Assembly: GCA_002269645.1 (NCBI GenBank)
Contig: NIVC01001878.1
Span: 1-64,000, forward strand
Reading direction: 5' to 3'
Length of the DNA stretch: 64,000 nt
From: Macrostomum lignano
Lineage: Eukaryota
In this document: piece by piece, positions 30,691 to 42,269 of the stretch
Position numbering within the stretch: position 1 is the stretch's first letter
Layout of the letters: each line of letters starts with the position of its first letter
Translations under genes and position numbers: made by a program
Notes under the pieces: generated by a model
Database searches by the model: none
The model's input: the letters and a program-made list of their open reading frames with translations, nothing else
Told to the model about the DNA's origin: nothing

Positions 30691-31183
30691 GGGGGTCGCT
30701 TTCATAAGACCGAAATTTCACAACGCCGAAAACTCAAAATGCAGGGCCCTTCATAAGACCGAAACTTCATAAGACCGAAATTTCACAACGCCGATAACTG
30801 CTGCACGATCCTTCATAAGATCGAAACTATTAAGTTTTATTTAGTCAAAAATTTTCTTCCAATGTATAAAAATGATGTCGATTTCGGTCATTTGTAAATC
30901 TTGAGTATGTATTTGTTGTACTTAAGTTTCCGCCATTTTTATTTTACGTTTTTAAACCATTAATTTTCTTCGCCCGCCGACTGTATGAACCTCATTGACT
31001 CAACTTTTTAAGCTTGAAATTTAACGTTTGAGGTTTGAGGCTCGTGCAAATAGCCAATTAGATTAATCTAATATCTAATTATTAGTTCTTAGTTATTTGT
31101 ATTAGTAAGACCCTAGGTCTTATGAAGGGCCCTGCATTTTGAGTTTTCGGCGTTGTGAAATTTCGGTCTAATGAAACCCCCCC
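30691..31183. mobile_element. MITE with ~70-bp TIRs
   Basis: GGGGG...TTTCATAAGACCGAAATTTCACAACGCCGAAAACTCAAAATGCAGGGCCCTTCATAAGACC and its reverse complement at 31115-31183; TTTA flanks both sides. Confidence 0.85.
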
Positions 31184-31254
31184 TTTAGGGAGCACGGAAA
31201 TTTCCCGCCGAGGTTTGCCCGCAGGGTCCCAATCGGAATTTCAAGTCAAATCCA

Positions 31255-32610
31255 GGCGTTAAGCCTCCGGGCCTCAGTTCTGAGAAATAAATCAATTAGT
31301 GTCCCCCCACTCCTGTCAGATGGTCAGCCCCATGGTGAGCTTGATCGTGTGGCGAGCAGTCTAGGTCCTATAGCTAAGAGAGGGACAGCGAGAGACAAGC
31401 AGGGAGAATTTTGAAGGTAGAGATCAGCTAATCCGCAGATTAACTAACCCGCTGCCACCAGCCCGTGTGTCCTGGCTCACCAAACCGGGACTCTCGAAAT
31501 CGGGCTTCCGACTAGAAGGGGCTTTGCACTTTACCTGCCAACTAGTGTCCTTTTGCTGTCAATCTCGAAGTCATAGCCGATGATAAGGGACTCTGCTGGG
31601 ACGTGATCGCATTGGCCATGCAGGTACAGAGGGGACTTGTGCAGGGGATTCTTGCAGTGTCGAGACTATGAGGTACTGTAGCTACATGTACATGTATTTA
31701 AATTGCTAAATAAGAGGGATTGTATTTTCGGCCTTCAACGCGCTAACCGGCCTCTCGTAGCGCTGATGATAAACTTACTCAAACTTTAGAGACCGCATGA
31801 TTCATTACCCGAGCCGCTTGGCGAACCTAGAGTGCACAAAGTACATCTCTGGTGCCGGTTTTGCACTAATTGGCAATTTTGCTCACTGATTTGATAGATT
31901 GATCGACTGAGAACTGCCTTGCCATTGGTCCACTGTGACCGGCGCCTACTAGCTTAGCCACTCATCTGAGCCATCGGCGAACAAAGAAATAAAACCGATA
32001 GAAATAACTGCCAGATTTAACCTTCTCACTGAATTAATTCACACCTCAGATTAAATTGGAGCTTCTGACTACTAACAGTATCATTGAATGATTTCTGCCT
32101 CAATAACAGCACTACTGAACAAAATGAGCAAAAGTGTGCGCCTAATCCAGCTACTGAAATAGGGGACAGATAATTAAGGAATCACCCAATCAAGCAAGTC
32201 TAGGTAGCCTCTCACCCAACCAATCAGAAACCAGCCGGGAGACCATGCAGGTAATCCACAGTGACCAAATCGGCTTAGTGCTTCGCAGCTGTAGGTCCGG
32301 AATGATGCTGTCCACAATCGTTGCAGATAGCTAGCAGGTGATGGACTTGGTCCCGAAGAAGTCAACTGGGGGAGATGTTCTCAGTGACGAGAGGGGAGAT
32401 GTCGTAGTCCGGGGGGGTCGCAAATCCAAGGGGAGTGAGACCGGGGATGCTTCTAGAGCCAGTCCGAGCGTCTAGAGCAGGGTCAGAGTGGGAAGAAGTG
32501 AAAGGTTGGTTCCGAGCGGGCCAAAACATCGGCTTAAATGGTCGCCAACTGGACCTTATAACCTAGTTTGTTATAATGAAACACCTCGACGCTGATTGGC
32601 TGAGCTTGTT
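31255..32610 (-). repeat. Copy A of a ~1.4-kb dispersed non-coding repeat (copy B at 54090-55510, inverted)
   Basis: Multiple collinear blocks match the reverse complement of copy B, e.g. CCTGTCAGATGGTCAGCCCCATGGT, TCTCGAAGTCATAGCCGA, GGTCCACTGTGACC, GCCTCTCACC.AACCAATCAGA, GCTCAGCCAATCAG. Confidence 0.85.
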
Positions 32611-33649
32611 GCCACCCAACTGAAGTGATCAAAAGATCCTATCAGTTCCCTCGCGGCCATAAAAATACGCCAGGTATTGTCATAAATCACTCAAAATCGC
32701 TACATAATGATTTATGGCTTTTTGCGTAGGAATTACTGCAAACATTTATAAAAAATATGCACTAGAAGGTCTCATTATGTAGAAAGAAGATGATGAAGAG
32801 AAATCGATAATCGCTAATCCAAAAGTACTTTTAGGGATAAAACGCATGCTGTCAAAGCTGACAAACGCTTGAGAAAACACGAACAACAGGCCCTGACCTC
32901 ATAAATCTGATGGCCTGCCAAAAATGATGAGAAAAAGCCAACCGCCCGCATCTTCTCAGACCATCTGGCGCCAGCTTCAACACTGAGTGAGATGCAGGTG
33001 GCTGTCAGACACACCTACAAGCAATGATTTATGACCCAAAAAGTACCGAAAACCACGCCTATGCTATAATGACTACAAATATGGCAAAATCATATAGCTA
33101 TAAAAATCCTACTTGTATGAATTCGAGTAAAATTACAGAAAAGAAAGAAGTGGGAAGAATGCCCATATAGCCTGCTATCAGTAGGCTAACAAGTTTAGAA
33201 CCCATATGTGAGCATGAGATATGGAAAAAAATGCGTCCTCATCATATTGACATAATACGAGTATATCCCCCTCTGGGCCCTGAGCCCCATTTTTGTCTGT
33301 TTTTATTGCTTTTAAATCTAATTAAACACTCATTCATGATTATACACTGTAATTATTTTCAAGGACTACTTAAGTAGTTAAGTAGTTAAGTAGATATATA
33401 TGTTAATTTAGTCGTCCTTAATTATTTTTTTATTACACAATTAGCAGCTCTTGAGAGCTCAGCTATCTGTTTTGGCAGGACAATGAGTACAACCAACGTA
33501 GATACTACTAGTGCCGTCATGAGGGATGTGCATGCATGTAATGCTCACTCAATGGTTCTCAGATGGATTAATTAGAGAGCTGAGAGCAACCTTTTTTTCT
33601 TTTTTAGAACTTTCATCATTTTAGAAACAGTAGTTTCTGTACGAGCACT

Positions 33650-33970
33650 GCAAGCTGTTGAAACCCGCGGATTTTGAACCCGTGGAATTCCAATTTCCGG
33701 AACTATTTTTGCATGTACATGTACTCTAAAATCTGAAGTCATACTCAAACAAAAACTTGTTAATAGTTAGGATAGAGGTAAACATAAAATGGAGTAAATG
33801 CGTGAAATTAAGATTTGAAGCAAGCATTGATCTCATTGGCTGGACTGCTGCGCAGAATGTCAGGCAATGTCTTTCGAAAACATGTACATGTATTGGCAAA
33901 CTCTGGCCTCCGTCTCTGCCTCTCTCTATGTCCCTGATCAGATCCTTTGAAACTTCTATCTTCTCTTCTG

Positions 33971-34001
<31 letters not shown>

Positions 34002-34006
34002 CTTTA

Positions 34007-34079
<73 letters not shown>

Positions 34080-34490
34080 ATTTCTTCTATCCTCTCTCCT
34101 TTCGACTCTGTAATCTCTTCCCTCTCCTCTCTCCTCTCGTCTTCGTCTATGCAATCTTTTTCTCTCTTCTCTCTTCTCTCTCTTCTGTTCTCTCTACTCT
34201 CACATATCTCGTCTCTGCTCTCTCATCTCTTCTTTCTTCTCTTTCATCTCTCCCAACTCATCTCTTCTCTCTTCTTTCATCCTTCCTCTCGCCTCTCTCC
34301 CCTCTTCTATCGTCGCTTCCCTCTCAGCTTCTCTCTCGTCTCCTCTCTCCTCTCGTCTCCTCTCTCCTCTTTGCTCTCCTCTCTTATCATTCCTCTCTCC
34401 TGTCTCATCTCTCCTGGCTCATCCCTCCTGTCTCATCTCTCCTCTCTTCTCTCTGCTCACTCATCTCCACTCTATAATCTCTTCCGTTCC
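33650..34490 (+). repeat. Dispersed repeat followed by (CT)n and a CT-rich tail; related copies at ~56850-58050 and ~61740-61860
   Basis: Shared blocks GAATTCCAAT...GAACTATTTTT, TTGTTAATAGTTAG, ACATGTATTGGCAAACTCTGG, ATCCTTTGAAA. Confidence 0.8.
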
Positions 34491-34940
34491 GCACGGAAAT
34501 GAGTTCCGGCGCTGGCTGGTTCACCCTGTCGATTCTTGCAGCAGTTTGTGTGCAGATCTGCACAAGCCAACTCTCTGCAGGCATAAAGCTTAGCCAGCTT
34601 CAAGTCCTCCTTTATATTCCCTACTAGTATGACCACCGTCTTATACGGTCTGACCTCGCCATCGCCCACACGGTAGTTGACGCTTTAAACTACGGAGTTC
34701 ATGGCAGCTAATTCTAAAGATTGCAAGCTTGCTAAACTCGCTAAAAGGCATTGGAAGCAACTCGACAGCAATGTGGGTTCGTGATGCAGAAATATATTTC
34801 AAAGATGCTTTTAGGTCAAATTATTTGGAATCAGGGAGCGCAATAGAATGTACTGTATCTTAAATGCAGCGCACCGGTTGGCTGTGAGGAAGCTCTTCGT
34901 GCTTTGTGCTCTCACAGAACTCCACTCAGGTTATCCCATA
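34490..34940 (-). pseudogene. Possible highly decayed processed pseudogene of 60S ribosomal protein L18
   Basis: Frame-broken fragments SRTH..., PMPLASLAS, KTVVILVGNIKEDLKL..KLYAC resemble RPL18 SRTNRPPLSLSR...KTAVVVGTITDDVR..KLKVC; several stops and frameshifts. Confidence 0.35.
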
Positions 34941-35934
34941 GAAATCTAGAATACTAGAAACTAGAATTTGGCGCAGAAGAATACTAGAAATCTAGTTAGT
35001 ATTCTAGATTTCTATGTATTTAACTGAGAAAAACCTTGGGTAGAAGAGCCCGCACAGCTTCAGACGTGAATTTTTCCGGCCATAAATACATCCAAAACTG
35101 ATCAATCTTCCATATAACTAAATCTGAATAAAAACTCGGCTCAGGCACGGCTCGAAATCTGACAAAATGACATTGTAAAGTCTCTCCGACTTTTTGGTCT
35201 GGGATAAATTGTTTGCGATTGCTGTGCCCGGTCGCGACCTGGCTACCATTTCTATTCATCCAACTCCGATTCATTCAGAAAATTTCCTTTTGTTTACTCA
35301 AGTTATTTCTCCCATTCTGACGCACGCACACAGCATTCGAATTCGCGCTAATATGAGGGGGCGCGGCCCACCACAGAGACTATATGGGATGGGGCGCCAG
35401 AAAATCCATCACGCGTGCTCATGGAGAGTAATTACCCGCGTTCTGAAAGATTGGTTCTGGTCCTAGGGTTCCTTCTTTGGTCTGTGCTGGGAGGGCAGCC
35501 TTATTTAGTTAATAATTACTCTAGGATAGCTTGTTGGACAGTGAGGTAAAGCGGTTATAAGACAAGGTTAATTATAACAAGTACCAGAAATATTTACTGG
35601 CTTTAATTGTCACACTTCTAGCAGAATATCTAGCAGAATAGGGTATATTCAGTTGCATTGCAAGCCCGTAAAGCTTATTATAAACAGTTTTGTTCGACAT
35701 GCATGCAGTCTCCTCAGTCATTGACACGTAAAACGTCAGAAGAGTTGATCTGCTTGTCTCTATTGAAACCTCACACTGTCATCAAGTCACACCACGGAGG
35801 TTCAAAGCGACAAAAGTCGTCAGATCAAGCTAAAGTTTTCTTCAGTTTATGCTGTTTTGAGTGGGCCTAATTAGGCCTCTTAAATTGCAATATCTTCGGC
35901 TTTCAGTTAAAAAAAGAAATTCCAGATACTCGAA

Positions 35935-36110
35935 GGGTTTGCAGCCTGGTGGTTAGAGCGTCAGACTCACGACTGAAAAAGTCAGGGGTTCGATTCTCGA
36001 TCTCTCTCGGAATTTGTGTCCTTGAGCAAAACACCTTTTACCCACTGCAGCTGTAATATGGGTGCCAGCATTAGCTGGGGCAATTGACAGTGTATGGCGA
36101 CCCCCAGGCT
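35935..36110 (+). mobile_element. tRNA-derived SINE with a CORE-like segment
   Basis: A-box-like GCCTGGTGGTTAGAGCG, B-box GGTTCGATTC at 35987, followed by TGTGTCCTTGAGCAAAACACCTTTTACCC; no complete cloverleaf. Confidence 0.7.
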
Positions 36111-36387
36111 TTGGACTGAACAGCCTTCAGAATTCCGGTGCGTCGCTCAATAGCTGTGGCTGAGCTCTCGGTTGCACATCTGCCCATTAGTGCAGACTCA
36201 ATGTGCCGGGGAACTCAATTATTATTATTACGAGCTGTAGATCAAAAGGGGAAATACGTCTGTTGAGAAACCTGTCTGCCTGCGAGCCTGAAGCACAGCT
36301 TCTTCTATATGATAAGTTAGAGCTCGCACTGGACCTCAATATCACTGGCGTGGCCGAAAGGAACTGAAAGCGGTTCCTGAAAGTGGG

Positions 36388-36737
36388 ATGTTGAGGAAAG
36401 ACTTTGGTGCGATCGTAATGGGTCGAGTTTCTAGCGATGGAACTGCCGGTCAGCTGATGGTATTTCTGTGCAACACCTGGCGCAGGTGCTTGAATATCAG
36501 GAAAAGAATCTCTGCGGACCCATCCTACATCCAGAAAGCTGTGCAATTCGCGCCCTACGGCTGGCAGGACGGCTCTCAGAAAGAGTTCGGCATCATCCGA
36601 TCTAAAACCTGTGCCCAATCCTGAAGACAGCTCTGATGTGGTCTTCCAGCGACACCTGGATAACAGCCTTTCGTTCGCACAGAACTGGGACACCTACGTG
36701 AGGGGATTCGGAGATCCCAGCGGCAACTACTGGATGG
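36388..36737 (+). pseudogene. Fibrinogen-related domain (FReD) exon fragment, frame-broken near 36610
   Basis: VVFQRHLDNSLSFAQNWDTYVRGFGDPSGNYWMG matches the FReD consensus VFQRR.DGS.DF.R.W..Y..GFG...GEFWLG; phase-1 donor G/GTGAGC at 36738; no downstream FReD exon recognised. Confidence 0.7.
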
Positions 36738-37974
36738 GTGAGCGGGTGGGTGACCCAGAGCCCATCTGGTTGGTAATCCAACGCAATTCAAGAGTACTGT
36801 GTGATGCAGTGAGCAGGTACTGGTGAGGGCGAGAGGCAGAGACAGCTCTTTTACAGCACATTTGAATTGCAAGCCCAGTACAAAGTTTAGCGGGTGGCAA
36901 GCTCCAAGTCACCACGTGTACAATCCGGGCCCCCAGACCAGAAGGGATGGGAGTGTACATTGTATGTACGATTATTCCTTTCTTTTTAATTAGCCAACTT
37001 AACTCAGCCCAACGACGAACGCCATCCATGCAAGCATCGCCAAGCAATCGCATGCAAATGCAATGCGGTATGCAGCTTAATCTGAAGAATTTTGGTTCAA
37101 AAGTGTCGGCGGGCAAACTTTGGCGGGCAAACGTCGTACCCCTATGGTAAGATGGGGTTGTAGATGTGTTTTCGTATTTCTCAATAAACCGCTCAGCTTG
37201 CCTACCTTCCCTTTCCACCCCTTATGGGGTGAAAAGCGGTCATCAATAGTTGCAGCCGAGGCAGTCTTAGCTGCCAGCTGCAACCCGCTTCGCGCTCAGA
37301 AAGGCAGGCTAGTGCTCGTCCTCGCGGGTTTGGGTCCAGGGTCAATTTTGGTTGACGTCCTGGCGATACATACTATAGAAATGATCCCTAAAAGTATGAT
37401 CTTGAAGATTGAGTGGCAATTTCAACTGGCATATGTGTGACCACTGGTAACATGGTGAATGAAAACTTCGTTTTCGTAAACTCGCTAATTTGAAATTTCT
37501 TTGACCTGAGTACTAGGCCGTTAAAATATTATTATAAACTCATAAATACACGGTTCACCTACTTTTCCAATTGGATTTGATGTTTACTGCTATTGTATCA
37601 GTGTTCAAACAATTAGACGAGTAGGGGGTCAAATATACTACACGCATAATACGTCGTGCTACTTAAAGTAGACGAAAAGCTTTTATTTTGAAAAATCTGT
37701 AATTTATTAATTGACGGGTCTCCGACTGTTGGGCTGCCTTACTGGAGGCGCTTCTCGGGTTGTGCGCGCAATCCAATTGACCTGCCGTACTCGGGTACAA
37801 TTATTAAATGCCCCCTCACCGGAAGTGATGTGCATTCTAAAAATAACTTCTTTCTGCCCTGCCCGGCCAGTTTTGATGCCTGCAGCCCGGCCCTGATGAT
37901 CGAGGCTGAGCCGTTGAGCCCCAGGTACTTGTAAATGTATGGTGATCGTCCATTAATTATTTGTGTTTTTATCC

Positions 37975-39012
37975 TATAAGAGTTAGAAATCTGAAGTTTT
38001 GACCCCAAGTTAGAAGATAGGTAGAAATTTATGAAAAGCCCAGGCGCAGTGAAGGGCGAGGCAGAAGAGTACAATGGAACCCCTATATAGCTATTAGAAG
38101 AGCAAACAGAAGCAGCTTTAAGATAATTAATCAACTGTCAAGTCAATTTGAATAGCCGAATCTAACAAAGCCTCCTTCCATTCCAGTTAGTAGCGTCACC
38201 CCGCCGCAGGCACAATGGCGACTAAACCGGCCGGGAAAAGCAAACTGAGCAGCAGCCTGACTTAGAGAACAACGCGGCACGCGGCATCTTCTGGCGCACC
38301 CTGAGGGAGAAAACGTGAGGCCCACCTAGAGACTCCTACCCAACCCGAAGCTGCCCAAGAAGGCGAGATCAACCCCAAGCTGCCTGACAACCGAGAGAAA
38401 CAGAGGACTGTTTAATCATTCATGGACAGAGTGTAGAGACGGAAAACTAAGCACTTTTTCTATAATCTTTCTATCCCAAATTTTATCCAACTCAACACAT
38501 AGATTTGCGAAAGCCCGAATAATCTCTAACCTTCACACTTAGCAACCTACTAGAACTAACTAAATTCATGTACAATTAGGGGACTGAGTCCCAGTTTGTT
38601 ATTGCTCAAAACCCCCCGCCGTTGCTAACAACGCGAAGACACCCCACCGGCGGCGGGGGAGGCCAAACATGCTAATTGGTACAAATAGACGCTCATCTCA
38701 AACTGGAGCGGCGCTTCGTTTTTTTCCTGCGCAGTTATTCGATCTTGAATTGCTCCATTTGAATTAGTTTCTGGATTATCCAGTTGGCAGAAACCCGAGT
38801 CTCAAATCGATCATTTGCCTTAACTGTGACATAGGGCAAATCTTAGGGAGACTCCAACTCAGCTTAGATACTAGGAGATCCCGTCAGTTTATACGGTCTT
38901 CTCTGACGGCCTGATAGGAGAGACTAAGAGCTGTAAGAACCTTAGACCGCTAGACATCTATCTTAAGAAAGTGAGAACGCGAACTCAAAGGCCCCAGAGA
39001 AAGACGCGTATA
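37975..39012 (+). repeat. 5' LTR of the large element
   Basis: Direct repeat of 50724-51761 at offset 12749. Confidence 0.97.
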
Positions 39013-39014
39013 AG

Positions 39015-39027
39015 TGGTTCCCTGACC
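39015..39027 (+). promoter_or_regulatory. Primer-binding site complementary to tRNA-Glu(CUC)
   Basis: TGGTTCCCTGACC, 2 nt after the LTR; complement of the conserved tRNA-Glu 3' end GGUCAGGGAACCA. Confidence 0.85.
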
Positions 39028-40571
39028 TCGGAGTCATCTGATCAACAGCTCTTCGATTTTCACCTGACGAGATCGCCCGGTATGGCTGAGTAACTTCATC
39101 GGCGGAGGACGGAGCGTGGAAGGCCAGGATGAGTGCAGTCACCTTTTAATTCTCTTTCTACGTAATTACTCTGTGTCGTAGAAGGACACAAACGCGTCCT
39201 TATTCAAAAAGAAAAAATTGATAAAATGCTAAAACGAACAAAAAAAATTGATAAAATTCGAAAACTAACAAAAACAATTAACTGTATTACCTTCCCTGGT
39301 GATGAACAGCGTTTCACTGCCAGTGGACACATAGACTAACCATACTTTATCTGTTCGCGTAGAAGAGAATTTAATCAATTTTAATCACTTAACACTGTCT
39401 AAGAGGGTAGCTACCTGGATACCATAATTGATTTTGTCTAACAATTGAATAATCATTTTCTGTTGAAACGGATCCGTAATTTATAATCCAGCCACAAGGT
39501 ATGGCAATAATCCAGCCACAAGCTATGGCAAGTACCGTGCACGGGAATTACTTTTGATCACTTTAATCGACTGATCACTAAGGAGCTCACTTTACTAATT
39601 GCGCGCGCGAGTTTGGCCCGCGGGAAGGCAGGTCCTTGCGGGGAGAGTTCTACTCTCGGCAGCAGGGTTGACGTAAAGAATAGAGGTGCGAGTCACTGAG
39701 ATGTCCTTATCCGGATCGGGCATCTCCCTGCCTAGCACTTCCATTCTGCACAGACGCCCGCCCGTGTCACTGCACCCTGCCAGTGTAGTGTCTTAGGGTT
39801 GTTAAACTAACACGTCTGCCCCACCAGGCATAGCTACATAAACCCTCGTTAATACTGAGCTCACTTTTCAAGGCATCTCAAGCCAACATAATACTGCTAA
39901 CAGCGGGAAAGCCCGCAGAAATGAGTGATACTAAAAATAACTACAGCATTCCGCTATTTCCAGCTGCGCAACCTTAGCCATTCCAGGAGAAGCGCTACTT
40001 TTGATTGAATTATATTGTTAACCATTTATTAGGCGCACATAACAAAGCCAAGCAGAATCAATTCAAATGAAATTGTCCAGTTGCCTTCGAATTCATAGCT
40101 GCACCGGCACACTCCAAAGCCTGCGGGCACAGTCAATTTAATTCTCAATAAGTACACATCTTGCGTTATATTGCATAAACGTTAAATGCGGAATTTTGTT
40201 TTATTGCTTGAAATGACAGTCACTATGACAAAATGCATATAGCAACACTATAATTATTTTACAACAAATGCGAATTGTTTGGTACAACAAAAACCCACCC
40301 CGACTGCACCGCCTGAGCCTGAAGCGTATCCTAACCTCTGCCCCTTCTCAATTTGTCTATTTAAAACCGTTTAATTGCTCACTAGCAGACCAGCACTGCC
40401 AACGATATTTTGTTTGTCTTTTATTATACTACTTGCAACCTGAATCGTACCAATTTTTTGCGGCCCACACCGCAACGTTTACAAGCGCATCCTCACTTTT
40501 TGGAAGATTACCAAGCTCCAGACCCTACAGGTCTACCTAACAATCGACGTACTGCCCAAGCCAGAAGGCGC

Positions 40572-42269
40572 ATGCTTCAACAAGAAGAACAGCACCAAGA
40601 AGACTTGCATCAAGACGATCCTCAACAAGACCAGCAACAACCAGAAGAAGCACTACAAGACAACATGGCCGAAGATTTAGCGCAACTACAGGAGCGTATC
40701 AACGACCTGACAAGACAATTGGCACTGCAGCAGACCCGAGATCTACCGACAGTTGTCCAAGCCATCAAGCTATCAGTAGGAGACTACGAAATGGGACGCT
40801 CATTCGTCCGTTGGTTACGAGAGTTCGAACTTCAAGCGCAAACATATGGACTGGGAAATGCTGAGAGATGTCGACTACTACCACTACTGCTACGACCGAA
40901 TGCTCGCAATCAATACTCAACTCTGGACGAGGCAACTCGCCTGAACTACGAGGAACTGATACCAGCACTACGGGCAATGTTCGACACCCGAAGGATGGAC
41001 CGATCAACGGCGATTCTACAACTGGCATCCCGCAAGATGCAACCGGGAGAAGACGTCAACAAATTCATCGCAGATATCACCAACCTGGTCGAGAACTCCG
41101 TCTATCAAGAACCAGCCCCGGAAGAAGAAAATGCAGCAGATGCGGCACTACGGCGACAGAGGAACCAACGGATCATTCAAGATCACATCATGCTACACGT
41201 CCAGCAGAACGCAGTTCCGGCACTACGACTTCACCTAGCCAGAGGACGCTATCAAACAGTGACGGAAATGACTCGAGAGGTACTGCAATGGCAAGCACTT
41301 CACGACATTGAGCGAGAAACCGAGGACACCCGCAAGCTATCGGCATTGGTCGCCCAGATGGAGGCGACGATCAAGACAGTGAACAACAGACCGCAACAGT
41401 CATGGAACAATCCACGCCCGCGAAGCGGAAACGCAGCGACAAGCTGCCAGTTATGTCAGAAGCAGGGACATACGGCAGACAGGTGCTATCAGCGCAACCG
41501 ACAGCAAGGCGCTAGCCCAGGAAGCAGCCGTCAACAGCCACAAGGAGCCAGAGGCACCAGCAGAAACTGCAACAATTGCGGTAAGCCTGGCCATTTGGCC
41601 GCTCAGTGCCGACGTTATTGTCACCATTGTAAGCAGAAGTCTCACTGGACAGTTGAATGCGACCGCCCGAGCCCCCAGAGACAGGGCCAACCGGCTCAGC
41701 GTCAAGGATACCCGAGCAATAGGAATAACGGCTATCAAGGTCCTCAGCACAATAACGGCTACCAAGGTCCTCAATACAACAACGGCCGACCAAATCAGCA
41801 ACGGCAACCACGACAAATCGCGGAAGTAACCGAGGAACAACCTCAGCAACAGCCACCGGCAGACATTCTAGCTGTGTTCACCCAGGAAGAAGAGAAAACA
41901 GCGGAACTAGTGGTGACTCGCGACGACTTCATTCAAGCTCGACGACAGCTCCGCAAAGCAGCCAAGGTCAAGATTGGCTACAATACAGCGGTGACACCAA
42001 CACCGCAACCACGGCAAACTGCAGAAGTAACCAAGGAGCAGCCTCAGCAACAGCCACCGACGGACACTCCAGCAGAGTCGACCAAGCAAAAAGAGACAGT
42101 TACGGAACCAGCGGTAACCCGCGACGACATCATTCAAGCCAGGCGACAACTTCGCAAGGCAGTCAAGGAGGTCAAGATCGGCCACATCACGACGCGACAC
42201 CAACACCGCGCTCCGAGAGCGACCGGACGAGAAGCAAGAGCGACCACAGAAGATCGAGAAATGTCCTGA
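40572..42269 (+). CDS. gag: Gag with three CCHC zinc knuckles (frame open from at least 40410; first ATG at 40572)
   Basis: Capsid-like SFVRWLREFELQAQTYG...LLPLLL...YEEL..ALRAMF; CQLCQKQGHTADRC, CNNCGKPGHLAAQC, CHHCKQKSHWTVEC. Confidence 0.92.
   Translation: MLQQEEQHQEDLHQDDPQQDQQQPEEALQDNMAEDLAQLQERINDLTRQLALQQTRDLPTVVQAIKLSVGDYEMGRSFVRWLREFELQAQTYGLGNAERCRLLPLLLRPNARNQYSTLDEATRLNYEELIPALRAMFDTRRMDRSTAILQLASRKMQPGEDVNKFIADITNLVENSVYQEPAPEEENAADAALRRQRNQRIIQDHIMLHVQQNAVPALRLHLARGRYQTVTEMTREVLQWQALHDIERETEDTRKLSALVAQMEATIKTVNNRPQQSWNNPRPRSGNAATSCQLCQKQGHTADRCYQRNRQQGASPGSSRQQPQGARGTSRNCNNCGKPGHLAAQCRRYCHHCKQKSHWTVECDRPSPQRQGQPAQRQGYPSNRNNGYQGPQHNNGYQGPQYNNGRPNQQRQPRQIAEVTEEQPQQQPPADILAVFTQEEEKTAELVVTRDDFIQARRQLRKAAKVKIGYNTAVTPTPQPRQTAEVTKEQPQQQPPTDTPAESTKQKETVTEPAVTRDDIIQARRQLRKAVKEVKIGHITTRHQHRAPRATGREARATTEDREMS

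Noticed and set aside
35935-36010. Possible tRNA gene
   Set aside because: A/B boxes present but the acceptor and anticodon stems do not pair and a SINE body follows; called as a SINE
37120-37440. 106-aa ORF considered as the next FReD exon
   Set aside because: No convincing FReD motifs
37739-38325. Minus-strand ORFs at the LTR edge (repeated at 50680-51074)
   Set aside because: Span the LTR/flank junction or lie in the LTR, with no protein features
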